DNA from: a virus
Lineage: Duplodnaviria; Caudoviricetes
Length of the DNA: 59,701 nucleotides
Virus record (IMG/VR): IMGVR_UViG_3300028592_000011
Coordinates: 1-59,701 of that record
Direction: 5' to 3' (one strand)
Under the pieces are notes generated by a model, which was given only the letters and a program-made list of their open reading frames with translations, was not told where the DNA came from and made no database searches. The position numbers and the translations under genes were made by a program. Positions 9,572 through 18,538 of the stretch are shown here, in pieces; position 1 is the stretch's first letter; every line of letters starts with the position of its first letter.

Positions 9572-10260
9572 TGGATACCAGCAACCTCCGGCGCGCGGTG
9601 CCGGACTACGATACCGTCTCACTCAAGCGCTCGTGGATGCGGGCAGCGTTACCCGTCTTCGAGCAGCTAGGAGAACTGTCTGTCTTTCGTGCGATGTCCA
9701 TTGGCACGCGTCAGATTCTGTATCAGGCAATTCGAGCGATGGGCGCGACCAGCGTGCTGGACATCGGCACGTACACAGGGACCAGCGCTCTCAACTTCGC
9801 CCTGGCGACGGGCCGCGAAGGAAGCGTCGTGACGGTGGACATCGTCGACGCCAACGCGCCCGACGGATTCTGGGCCGTGGACAAGCGCCCGCGTTCGCCG
9901 CGTCAGCTCATGAAGGCAGCCGGGGTCGCGGAGCGCGTCGAGTTCGTGACGATGGATGCGAACGCCTACCTTCGCGAGACCGATCGCACGTTCGATTTTA
10001 TCTGCATCGACGCAGCGAAGACTGAGCAGGATACGTACGAGCAAATGGGGCTTGCACTGGCACGGCTACGACCTGACGGCCTGATCTTCATGGACGACGT
10101 ATTCGCCGATGGCGAGCCAATGCCGTCCGGTTACTTCGAGCCCGCACATTGGAACGTGCTTTGCCGCCTCGTGGATGAGGGTGTGGAGATCCATCCGATC
10201 CCAATCACAGAGACACTTCATGGCGCCCGGATTGCTTGTGCGTGGGTGATCGGCGAGTGA
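9571..10260 (+). CDS. Class I SAM-dependent (O-)methyltransferase
   Basis: VLDIGTYTGTS, VTVDI, FDFICIDA; ATG overlaps upstream stop. Confidence 0.88.
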   Translation: MDTSNLRRAVPDYDTVSLKRSWMRAALPVFEQLGELSVFRAMSIGTRQILYQAIRAMGATSVLDIGTYTGTSALNFALATGREGSVVTVDIVDANAPDGFWAVDKRPRSPRQLMKAAGVAERVEFVTMDANAYLRETDRTFDFICIDAAKTEQDTYEQMGLALARLRPDGLIFMDDVFADGEPMPSGYFEPAHWNVLCRLVDEGVEIHPIPITETLHGARIACAWVIGE

Positions 10261-10901
10261 GAGATCGGATCGTCGCCCATCGCGGAAATGCGATGGAGCA
10301 CCGGGAGAATTCTGTCGCCGCGATTCGCTCCGCCGTTGAACTTGGAGCGCGGTTCGTCGAATTCGACGTGCAGATGTCGAGCGACATGGTGCCTGTCCTG
10401 ATGCACGACGCTTGTTTGCTCCGAACTGTGGGCAAGGACCGTGATTCCTTCGATACGAGCGCTCAGGGACTGAAGGCGCTGGGTGTCGAGCCCTTGTCCG
10501 AAGGCATTGCCGCGCTGGGAGATGCGACGGCGTTCGTTGAGATCAAGCGCGACAGCGTGACGAAATTCGGCGCTCGCGCGGTTGTTGATCGGGTGTGCCA
10601 GCACTGCCCGCCGGATCAATGCGTGATCATCTCGTTCGATTACGACGCGACGCTCCTGGCTCGAGCCAAGGGCTACCGCATCGGCTTCGTCCTGCCGGAC
10701 ATGGGCAAGAGGAGCCGGGCGAGCTGTGACGTGCACAAACCCGAGTACGTCTTCGTCGATCAGAAACACGTCACCGGCCCGGTGTGGCCAGGATTTCTGT
10801 GGGTGTCCTACGAGGTTGCAGATAGAGCGATGGCTGCGCGCCTGATTGGCTACGGCGTTGACCTGCTTGAGACCATGCGCGTCCGGCAGATGCTCCAATG
10901 A
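10257..10901 (+). CDS. Glycerophosphodiester phosphodiesterase (GDPD family)
   Basis: IVAHRG..EN, VEFDVQ, VLMHD, VEIK. Confidence 0.9.
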   Translation: MRDRIVAHRGNAMEHRENSVAAIRSAVELGARFVEFDVQMSSDMVPVLMHDACLLRTVGKDRDSFDTSAQGLKALGVEPLSEGIAALGDATAFVEIKRDSVTKFGARAVVDRVCQHCPPDQCVIISFDYDATLLARAKGYRIGFVLPDMGKRSRASCDVHKPEYVFVDQKHVTGPVWPGFLWVSYEVADRAMAARLIGYGVDLLETMRVRQMLQ

Positions 10902-11617
10902 TCGCAGTCATAACGTTCAAGTGGTCGAAGCCAGGCTATCGAAGCACGTTCCTGCCGGTGCACGTCAACACGCTCCGACGGATGGTGGCCCGACATTACC
11001 CGCATCCGTTTCGATTCATCTGCGTGACTGACGATCCAGCGGGGCTGGATCCCGAGATCGAACATATCCCGCTATGGGATGACTACTCAGCGATCTCGAA
11101 TCCGTCCTGGCCGTCGGGCCCGAGCTGCTACCGCCGATTGAAAGTGCACTCGGATTGGTTCGCGGATCAGATTGGCCGCGGGACACGCATGGCTCTCATC
11201 GATCTTGATGTCGTGATCACGGATGACCTGACGCCGATCTTTCATCGAGAGGAACCGTTTCTGATGTGGGAGACCGGTAATCCATCCATCACGCACTGTG
11301 CATCGATGGTGATGGCGAGGGCGGGCGCTCACCCGGAGATATGGGACACGTTCGATTCCAAGACCTCGCCGCGCCTGGCAACACAGGACGGGCGGATGAA
11401 GGGCAGCGATCAAGCGTGGCTCTACTACGTGATGCGGAAACAGCTCGCCGGGTGGGGCACCAGACACGGCGTGTATTCGTATCGCGACCATTGCGTGAAG
11501 CAATATCAGAGCAAGCTGCCGAAGGGCGCGCGCATGGTCATATTCCACGGTCGGCCTGACCCTTGGTCCTATTCGGCGCTCCAGGCGTCTCCCTGGATTC
11601 ACGATCACTACTACTAG
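10898..11617 (+). CDS. GT-A fold glycosyltransferase (GT8-like)
   Basis: FICVTD, DLDVV (DxD), SDQAWL, IFHGRPDPW. Confidence 0.82.
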   Translation: MIAVITFKWSKPGYRSTFLPVHVNTLRRMVARHYPHPFRFICVTDDPAGLDPEIEHIPLWDDYSAISNPSWPSGPSCYRRLKVHSDWFADQIGRGTRMALIDLDVVITDDLTPIFHREEPFLMWETGNPSITHCASMVMARAGAHPEIWDTFDSKTSPRLATQDGRMKGSDQAWLYYVMRKQLAGWGTRHGVYSYRDHCVKQYQSKLPKGARMVIFHGRPDPWSYSALQASPWIHDHYY

Positions 11618-11619
11618 CG

Positions 11620-11988
11620 ATGACGCCCTCAGTATTCGCCATCGTCTCGGCATCCAGCGCGTGCCGGGCAGTGCTCGGCAGCCCGCCGAACATGCGCTTC
11701 TATCCGTTTGGCGAGGCGCCGCAAGGCAAGCCTCCGGTTTACGCCGTGTGGCAGATGCCGTTCAGCACGCCGGCTAACTATTTGGGACAGGTGCCCGACG
11801 CGGACAATGCCCGAGTGCAGATCGATGTTTATGGAACGGATCAGGCGGCCGTCACCACAGCCGGGCTTGCTATCCGGGATGCGATCCAGGAACACGCGAA
11901 CATGATCAACGCGGCTCAGCGTCCGCGCGATCCCACGACGCGCAACTACGGCTACATGCTCGACTTCGAGTTCGTCACGGACAGATGA
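11620..11988 (+). CDS. Tail terminator (DUF3168-like)
   Basis: YPFGEAPQ, PANYLGQVPDAD, VQIDVY. Confidence 0.82.
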   Translation: MTPSVFAIVSASSACRAVLGSPPNMRFYPFGEAPQGKPPVYAVWQMPFSTPANYLGQVPDADNARVQIDVYGTDQAAVTTAGLAIRDAIQEHANMINAAQRPRDPTTRNYGYMLDFEFVTDR

Positions 11989-12509
11989 CGACATGCGTCG
12001 TGCTTGCTACCGGCGAGAGCTTATCGCCGTGGCAAGTCGCGCACGTTCGAGCCGCACACGACGAAGGCCGCTGTAAGGCGGTCGCCGTGTCGGATGCTTA
12101 CCAGCTCGCGCCATGGGCGGATGCGATGGTGAGCAATGACATGCGGTGGTGGCGGCAGCACCCGGAGGCGGTGAAGTTCGCTGGCCGGAAGTTCTGCGGG
12201 GCTGATTACCGGGGCACCGAACGATTGCCACCCAACCCGACGTTTCCAGCCGGGACTAACAGTGGACTACAGGGCATGCGCGTGGCGGCAATGCTGGGAG
12301 CAACGCGGATCGTCCTGCTTGGGCTCGACATGAAGGGCACCCACTACTTCGGCAAGCATCCGTCGACGCTGAAGAACTCAACGCCCGCTGATTTCGAGCG
12401 GATGCTGATTCAGTTCCGCCGATGGAGATCGGACGCCGAAGTCATCAACTGCTCACCGGGTAGCGCGCTCACGTGCTTCAAGACCGCGAATCTCGCCGAC
12501 GTGTTGTGA
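11985..12509 (+). CDS. Maf/DUF115/GT42-like putative glycosyltransferase, paralog 2
   Basis: Clear paralog of 7871-8398 (VLATGES, PWAD, NSGLQGMRVA, LGLDM, HYFG, INCSPGSAL). Confidence 0.6.
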   Translation: MTTCVVLATGESLSPWQVAHVRAAHDEGRCKAVAVSDAYQLAPWADAMVSNDMRWWRQHPEAVKFAGRKFCGADYRGTERLPPNPTFPAGTNSGLQGMRVAAMLGATRIVLLGLDMKGTHYFGKHPSTLKNSTPADFERMLIQFRRWRSDAEVINCSPGSALTCFKTANLADVL

Positions 12510-12588
12510 CACCGTGCAAGCCGTGTTCGGCCGCACGTCGGTTCCTGCCTCAGAAACTGCGTGATCGATTGGAGCAGTTGGAACAGCG

Positions 12589-13071
12589 ATGGCGGAAGAA
12601 GTTGAAGGACTCGGCGAACTCCTGAGGACGCTTCAGGCGCTGCCGAAAGAGATCGTGAGCGTCAAGGGTGGACCGGTGCGCACTGGCCTGAGAGCGGCCG
12701 GGAAGGTCTGGCAGCGCGCGGCGCAAGCAAACATCGATCGCATCGTCGCCGCGCCGAACAAGGACGGCCGACCCAGCGTGTCGAGCGGCACGCTCAAGAA
12801 CGCCGTGATCGTGAGTCGTGACCCCAATCCGCAAAGGTCAGGTGCGAATGAGCGCGTGCTGGTGAGGCTCCGAAAGAAGGGGCGCGCGCCAAATGGACAA
12901 TCGGTTCATGCGTACGGCGGCATGCTCGAGTTCGGCAATGAGCAAGTACCGGCCAAGTCTTGGCTACGTCCTGTCGTGCCCGAGAAGTCGTCCGAGGCGC
13001 TGAGCGTCTTTATCACCGAGACACGCAAGGCGATTGATCGCGCCGTGAAGCGAGCGCGTCGGAAAGGTTGA
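12589..13071 (+). CDS. HK97 gp10-like tail completion protein
   Basis: VEGL..L, SGTLKNAV, LEFG, WLRP. Confidence 0.85.
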   Translation: MAEEVEGLGELLRTLQALPKEIVSVKGGPVRTGLRAAGKVWQRAAQANIDRIVAAPNKDGRPSVSSGTLKNAVIVSRDPNPQRSGANERVLVRLRKKGRAPNGQSVHAYGGMLEFGNEQVPAKSWLRPVVPEKSSEALSVFITETRKAIDRAVKRARRKG

Positions 13072-13088
13072 TTTAAACCAGTGTTTGG

Positions 13089-13136
13089 AAGCCCGCCTTG
13101 AGCGGGCTTTTTATGCCCGCCACGTGCGGGTTTTTT
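13089..13136 (+). terminator. Two tandem intrinsic terminators
   Basis: GCCCGC-cttga-GCGGGC-TTTTT and GCCCGC-cacgt-GCGGGT-TTTTT. Confidence 0.7.
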
Positions 13137-13156
13137 CATTTCTGGAGAACTGAAAC

Positions 13157-13639
13157 GTGGCGAAGCGAACACAGGGCACGATGCTCTATCTCATCGTGCC
13201 GGCAGAAGACGCGGAGCCCGCGGAGTTGCTGCGGGTTGGGTGTGTGACGAATCTGACAGGTATCAGCGCGACACGCGATCAGATCGAAACGACGTGCCTG
13301 GAATCGCCGGCGCGCACGTATGAAGCCGGCATGCCGACCCCTGGCACGGCCACCTTCACGATCAACTTCGAACCGGAGGATGCGTCGCATCTGGCGGTTC
13401 ACTCGCTGTTCCGATCCGGCAACAAAGTGGACTGGGCAATCGGTTGGTCGGATGGCACTGCTGATCCGGCGCTCGACACCGATGACACGTTCGACATCCC
13501 AGACACGCGCACGTGGATCTTGTTCAACGGCTTCGTGAACGACGTGCCGTTCGATTTTGCCCTCAACACGGTGGTGACATCGAACATCGGCATCCAGCTG
13601 TCCGACTTCCCTGAGATCTTCCCGCGGACGGCGAGCTAA
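13157..13639 (+). CDS. Major tail tube protein
   Basis: TQGT.LY, DQIETTCL, G..TPG, W.IGWSDGT, PFDFALN. Confidence 0.85.
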   Translation: MAKRTQGTMLYLIVPAEDAEPAELLRVGCVTNLTGISATRDQIETTCLESPARTYEAGMPTPGTATFTINFEPEDASHLAVHSLFRSGNKVDWAIGWSDGTADPALDTDDTFDIPDTRTWILFNGFVNDVPFDFALNTVVTSNIGIQLSDFPEIFPRTAS

Positions 13640-13642
13640 CCC

Positions 13643-14005
13643 ATGGACTTCGATACCGAACGTCACGCCGTAGTCGTGAAGCACAAGGACAAGGAAGTCA
13701 CTTACTACATCCGCGAACTCGGCTACTACGAGTTCCAGGAACTGAATCAGGAAGCGGCGCGCACCTATCCCGACACGAAGGATAGTGAGCGTCGCGGCCT
13801 GAAGGTCCTGCACGACACGGCCGTGGCTGCCATCGAAGACAAGGAAGGCAATCCCGCGTTCACGCATGCGACTTGGAAGCGGCTACCGAAAGAGCCCGCG
13901 ACCGAACTCACGAACGCCGTCATGAAAGCGCAGGGCATTGATCTTGAGAAGGCCCGAGAAGAGGCCGACAGCGACGCGTCGGAGGACACCGAGGGAAACG
14001 CGTAA
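13643..14005 (+). CDS. Tail assembly chaperone (gpG-like)
   Basis: Between tube and tape measure; ends in slippery site. Confidence 0.8.
   Translation: MDFDTERHAVVVKHKDKEVTYYIRELGYYEFQELNQEAARTYPDTKDSERRGLKVLHDTAVAAIEDKEGNPAFTHATWKRLPKEPATELTNAVMKAQGIDLEKAREEADSDASEDTEGNA
13993..13999 (+). promoter_or_regulatory. -1 programmed frameshift site G GGA AAC
   Basis: X XXY YYZ in frame; the -1 frame is open into the 14074-14307 ORF. Confidence 0.85.
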
Positions 14006-14307
14006 CGGTCGACGATCTCTGGCACGAGATCGCGTGCGCGATTGGACGACCGGTACGCGAATGCAAACGGACGATGAGCCACAAGGAATGGATGGATTGG
14101 CTCGAATACTTCAACCGCAACGGACGACTCGATCCGATCCGCATGTACGACCGTGGCTCGGCACAACTGTGTTCGATTGTGGCTAACGCATTGGGAGGCA
14201 GCGGAACGATGGAAGATTTCCTGCCTTACCGACCGAAGCCGAAGCTCGACAACCTGGACGATTTCGTCAAAGCCTTTGGCATGGTGAAGCATGGCCGGAC
14301 TCGGTAG
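13993..14307 (+). CDS. gpT-like frameshift extension of tail chaperone
   Basis: -1 frame reads RVTVDDLWHEIACAIGRPVRECKRTMSHKEWMDW... Confidence 0.8.
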   Translation, partial: GKRVTVDDLWHEIACAIGRPVRECKRTMSHKEWMDWLEYFNRNGRLDPIRMYDRGSAQLCSIVANALGGSGTMEDFLPYRPKPKLDNLDDFVKAFGMVKHGRTR

Positions 14308-16528
14308 CCTTTTCATCGATCTACTTGCGCGGACAGGAAAGTTCGAGACGGATATCGGCCGTGCCGCGCGCGTGGCTGAGAAGCGGGCGAAGGAGATTGA
14401 TCGATCTTTCAAACGGCTTGGCTCGCGTATCACTGGCGCACTTGGCGGGATCGCAGCTGGATTCTCACTCGGCGCGATTATCACCGAGACGGCGAACGCT
14501 GAGAAAGCACTAGCCGCGCTCGACAATGCCGTCAAGAACAATGCGGGCGCGGCTGGACTGTCGACCCGAGAACTCTCCGACATGTCTTCGGAGTTGCAGC
14601 GGCTCACCACATACGCCGACGACTCGATCCAGGGGATGCAGTCACTGCTTCTGACATTCCGTCAGATCAGCGAGCCGGAGTTCAAGCGGGCACAGGTTGC
14701 AGTACTGGATCTCGCTACTGCCCTTGGTCGAGATCTGAACTCTTCGGCGCTGCTGGTTGGTCGAGCGCTGGCTGATCCTGAGAAGGGGATGAAGCAACTC
14801 GCACGAGCCGGGGTTGTGTTGTCGGAGTCCCAGCAGGATCTCATCAAGAATCTTACTGCGACAGGGAAGGTGTCGGAGGCACAGGCGGCGCTGCTCTCGC
14901 AATTAGAAGCACGATTCGGGGGCGCTGCCAAAGCAGCTAAAAATACCCTGGGTGGCGCCATTGAAGGCTTGAAAAACTCGTTTGGTGATCTGCTCGAAGC
15001 GGAGTCCGGCGTGAGCGCGCTCACGAAGTCGGTCAACGAGCTATCGGATGTCCTTTCCGATCCGAAAACCAAGGAGGGCGTGGATGCCATCCTCGGCGCT
15101 ATCGCACGCGGCGCAGCTAATTTGGCGCAAACGATTGCAGCGGTTGGCAATGCCTTCAAATGGTTCTTCGAGAATTCCGACAAGTGGCATCCGCTCTTCC
15201 AAGGAATCAACTACGCCAGAAAGGAACTCGACTTCTTCCTGTCCGATGTAGATCTCCTGAAGGATCAGATTCGGTTTCTCGAAGAGCAGCGTGACACTAT
15301 CCCCCTTGTGTTCACGCTGGGCTTCAGCAACCTGAACCCTGATAGCTTCCTTGGTGTCCTCACTAAGGGCGATATCGCGAAGCGCATTCAGGAGATGAAC
15401 CGTGAACTGGCGCGGCTGCAGTACGATCCTAACCAATCGAGTGGGCCAAAGAACCCGCGCCGTCGATCCGCTGCTGTAGAAGCCGCTCCATCCGAAGAAT
15501 TCGAGAAGCTTTCGTCAAAACTGCAAGAGCAGATCGCACTGTACGGCAAGGTCGGCAAAGCGGCCGAGGTCAGTTACCAGATCCAGTCGGGTGCACTGGA
15601 TGAACTGAGCGGGAAGGAGCAGCAGCAGCTGCTCGCGCTCGCCCGTCGCTACGATGCCATCGTTGCGTCTGTCGACGCCGAGAAGAAGCTCTCTGAGGAA
15701 CAGAAGAAGGCCGTCGAAGAAATCACGAAGATGACGCAATCGCTGGAGCAGCAGGTTGCGACGTTCGGCATGGGTGAGACGGCAACGATCGCCTATCGAG
15801 TCGCTCACGGTGATCTGGCACTCGCGTTTCAACAAGCTGGCGCGGATGGCGCGGCATTGAAGGACAAGCTGCTCGATCTCACGCTGGAGCTGGAGGTCAT
15901 GACCGATGCCGCGAACGGAGCGGCAGAAGCGATATCTGACTTCGCCCAGCAGAACAGCGAGAGCTTGAATCAAAGCCTCGAAGCATTCGAAGCAGACTTC
16001 GAAGAGCGATTCATCAAGGGCGTCGACAAACTCACGGCGTATCAAGAGCAAGCCGCACGTAACACGCAGGACATCATCGCCGACACGCTCCTTTCCGGAT
16101 TCGACAAGGGCGTGGACGGAATCCTGAAGTCCTTCGGCGACATGATCGTCAAACTGGTCGGGCAGGCGGTCGCGGCGGACATCGCCGGGAAGCTGTTCGG
16201 CGCTGCTGGTGGCGGAACCGGTGGCGGATGGGTTGGCATGGCTGCGGGCTGGCTCGGCGGATTGGCTGGTAACCGTGCGATAGGCGGCCCGGTGCTCGCT
16301 GGCATGAACTACCACGTCAACGAGCGTGAGCCCGAGTTCTTCAGGCCGCGCGTCGGTGGCGACATCATTCCGCTGTCGAAGATGCCAAACATGGGCGGCG
16401 GTATGTCCCTGACGCAGCACTTCACCGTGAAGCCCGAAACAGGCGAGCGCGTGACCCGGCGAACCGAACAGCAGATCGCGGCCGCTGCATCTCGTGGCCT
16501 GGCCATGGCCAGCAGGCGGAACAACTGA
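14291..16528 (+). CDS. Tape measure protein
   Basis: GSLFIDLLA.T..F start, long helical Ala-rich body, RAIGGPV...VNE..PE C-terminus. Confidence 0.92.
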   Translation: MAGLGSLFIDLLARTGKFETDIGRAARVAEKRAKEIDRSFKRLGSRITGALGGIAAGFSLGAIITETANAEKALAALDNAVKNNAGAAGLSTRELSDMSSELQRLTTYADDSIQGMQSLLLTFRQISEPEFKRAQVAVLDLATALGRDLNSSALLVGRALADPEKGMKQLARAGVVLSESQQDLIKNLTATGKVSEAQAALLSQLEARFGGAAKAAKNTLGGAIEGLKNSFGDLLEAESGVSALTKSVNELSDVLSDPKTKEGVDAILGAIARGAANLAQTIAAVGNAFKWFFENSDKWHPLFQGINYARKELDFFLSDVDLLKDQIRFLEEQRDTIPLVFTLGFSNLNPDSFLGVLTKGDIAKRIQEMNRELARLQYDPNQSSGPKNPRRRSAAVEAAPSEEFEKLSSKLQEQIALYGKVGKAAEVSYQIQSGALDELSGKEQQQLLALARRYDAIVASVDAEKKLSEEQKKAVEEITKMTQSLEQQVATFGMGETATIAYRVAHGDLALAFQQAGADGAALKDKLLDLTLELEVMTDAANGAAEAISDFAQQNSESLNQSLEAFEADFEERFIKGVDKLTAYQEQAARNTQDIIADTLLSGFDKGVDGILKSFGDMIVKLVGQAVAADIAGKLFGAAGGGTGGGWVGMAAGWLGGLAGNRAIGGPVLAGMNYHVNEREPEFFRPRVGGDIIPLSKMPNMGGGMSLTQHFTVKPETGERVTRRTEQQIAAAASRGLAMASRRNN

Positions 16529-17169
16529 TGCTGGTTCCAGACACGACCGAGATCTTCCCTGCCTGTCCGTCGTTCGGCTTCACGTCAGGGCCGCGATACA
16601 AGACGAAGATCATCGAACGCGAAGGCGGGCACGAGCGACGCACGCGCAAGTGGTCGCGACCGCTGCATCGATACGCGTCGGTGCCCATCGGTAACCGGGC
16701 AGAGGAAGAGATTCAGGAGATTCTTTACTTCTGGCACGCGATGGGCGGCATGGCCACGGGCTTCAGGCTCAAAGATTACGCCGATTTCAAAAGCTGCAAG
16801 ACACACGAGACGGCGACGCCGCTGGATCAGCCGTTCATTCTGATTGAGGACAGTCCGGGCGGATATCAGCTGGTCAAGACCTATGCGATCGGCTCGATTC
16901 AGCAGGTCCGAGAAATATACAAACCCAATGGCGACACGATCCGCGTGGCGAATGAACTAGGCGAGGAGCAACCGGAGAGCGCTTGGACTGTGGATGAGGG
17001 GACGGGGTTGTTGACGCCCGAGTCCAGTTTCGCAGGCACACCGACGAGCTGGGGCGGGGAGTTCTACGTCTACGCCCGATTCGACAGCGAGCTCGACATT
17101 GCCATCGCCGAGCAGCGCATTCAGCAGTGTGATTTCTCGCTGACTGAGATTCGGATTCCGCGCGTATGA
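16528..17169 (+). CDS. Distal tail protein (DUF2460, GTA-like)
   Basis: GP.Y.T.I....GG.ERR...W, GFRLKD..D, QLVKTY, RFD. Confidence 0.85.
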   Translation: MLVPDTTEIFPACPSFGFTSGPRYKTKIIEREGGHERRTRKWSRPLHRYASVPIGNRAEEEIQEILYFWHAMGGMATGFRLKDYADFKSCKTHETATPLDQPFILIEDSPGGYQLVKTYAIGSIQQVREIYKPNGDTIRVANELGEEQPESAWTVDEGTGLLTPESSFAGTPTSWGGEFYVYARFDSELDIAIAEQRIQQCDFSLTEIRIPRV

Positions 17170-18092
17170 AGACAATCGCGGCAGATCTACTCGCACATCT
17201 GCGTGGCGAGGTGTCGACCCTCGCGATCTGCTGGACGATTGAGAAGGGCAACGGCGAAGTTATCCGCTCTACGGACCACGACCGTGACATCGAGATCACA
17301 ACCGGGCGTTACGCGGGCGTGTATCGAGCGGTCGCGAACTTCACCGCCTCCGATGTGCGCTCCACGAGCGACATGTCGGTGGACAACATGGAGGTGGATG
17401 GCGCACTTGCCGACGCCTACGAGATCCCAGACATCACGGTTGCAGAGATTGAAGCGGGCTTGCTGGACAACGCACCAGTCGAAGCGTTCGGGGTGAACTA
17501 CAACGCGCCTGACCAGGGGCAATTGATCGAGCGCCGTGGATATCTCGGCATTCCGGCGCGTGACTCGGATGGCCGATACAAGATCGAAGTTCGCGGACTC
17601 GCGCAAAAACTCCAGCAGAACATTGGATGGACGTACTCCGACCGCTGCAACGTGGTGGAGTTCGGTGATAGTCGGTGTGGATTCAACGTGGCGGCGGTGA
17701 CGCGCACAGCCGTGGTGACGGCGGTGTATAGCCGGCGGCGATTCGATATCGAGATCACGGCCGGTGATGCGGCTCCCAACGCTACTTACTTTGACGGCGC
17801 GAAGCTCACGTTCACGAGCGGCGACAACAACCAGTTTTTCCGCGAGGTGAAGCGGGTGACGACGGTGGGCGATACGCTGACGGTCACGACGTGGGAAGAG
17901 TTTCCGGACGAGCCGGAGGTCGGCGATACCTTGACGCTTCCGCCAGCGTGTAATCGTCTGCTCTCGACCTGCCGAGACGTTCACAACAACATCATCAACT
18001 TCCGCGGCTATGGCGTCTTCGTGCCGGGCGTGCTCGAGATGATGAAGGGAAACTCGAGATCTGAGACATCCAGTGGCGGTGGTGGAAAGTGA
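17166..18092 (+). CDS. Baseplate hub (DUF2163/BR0599, GTA-like)
   Basis: TDHDRD, C....GD.RC, C.....TC....NN..NFRG Cys motifs. Confidence 0.88.
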   Translation: MKTIAADLLAHLRGEVSTLAICWTIEKGNGEVIRSTDHDRDIEITTGRYAGVYRAVANFTASDVRSTSDMSVDNMEVDGALADAYEIPDITVAEIEAGLLDNAPVEAFGVNYNAPDQGQLIERRGYLGIPARDSDGRYKIEVRGLAQKLQQNIGWTYSDRCNVVEFGDSRCGFNVAAVTRTAVVTAVYSRRRFDIEITAGDAAPNATYFDGAKLTFTSGDNNQFFREVKRVTTVGDTLTVTTWEEFPDEPEVGDTLTLPPACNRLLSTCRDVHNNIINFRGYGVFVPGVLEMMKGNSRSETSSGGGGK

Positions 18093-18538
18093 TCAAGGGC
18101 GCGCATGTGATCACCGCCGACCAGCTGATCGTGGCCGCCCGCGCACTGAAGGATGTTCCCTGGCGAAACCAGGGCCGTACAGCGGATGGCGTTGATTGCG
18201 GCGGCTTCGTTGTGTTGGCCCTGAGGAATGCCGGGCATGACATTGCGAAGTACGTCGGCGAGCGCCTGCCGCACCAGTATCACCGTCGCGCAACCCCGAA
18301 GATATATGAGTTCGCTGCTCGTCATGGGGAACGGATCTCCAATCCGTGCCCCGGCTGCGTCGTGTTGTTCAAGTTCGATGGCGACAAACAACCGAGGCAC
18401 TTCGGCATCGTGACTTACGACGGCAATGTCATTCACGCGGATACGATTCGCTGTCGTGTGCTGGAGCATGGTTTGCGGGCGCAATGGGCGCGGTGGGCGC
18501 ACTCCTATTGGAAGATTCCGGGAGTGCAGTACGCGTGA
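18089..18538 (+). CDS. NlpC/P60 tail peptidase
   Basis: PW..QGR...GVDC.G, HFGI, IHA. Confidence 0.88.
   Translation: MIKGAHVITADQLIVAARALKDVPWRNQGRTADGVDCGGFVVLALRNAGHDIAKYVGERLPHQYHRRATPKIYEFAARHGERISNPCPGCVVLFKFDGDKQPRHFGIVTYDGNVIHADTIRCRVLEHGLRAQWARWAHSYWKIPGVQYA

Noticed and set aside
14352-14361. ATATCGGCCG matches sequence just after the tnpB stop (possible self-target)
   Set aside because: Only 10 nt in a GC-rich genome and guide boundary unknown; compatible with chance
18346-18534. ORF-track N-terminal extension of the tail tip protein
   Set aside because: Overlaps the NlpC/P60 gene; GTG at 18535 coupled to the upstream stop is more plausible
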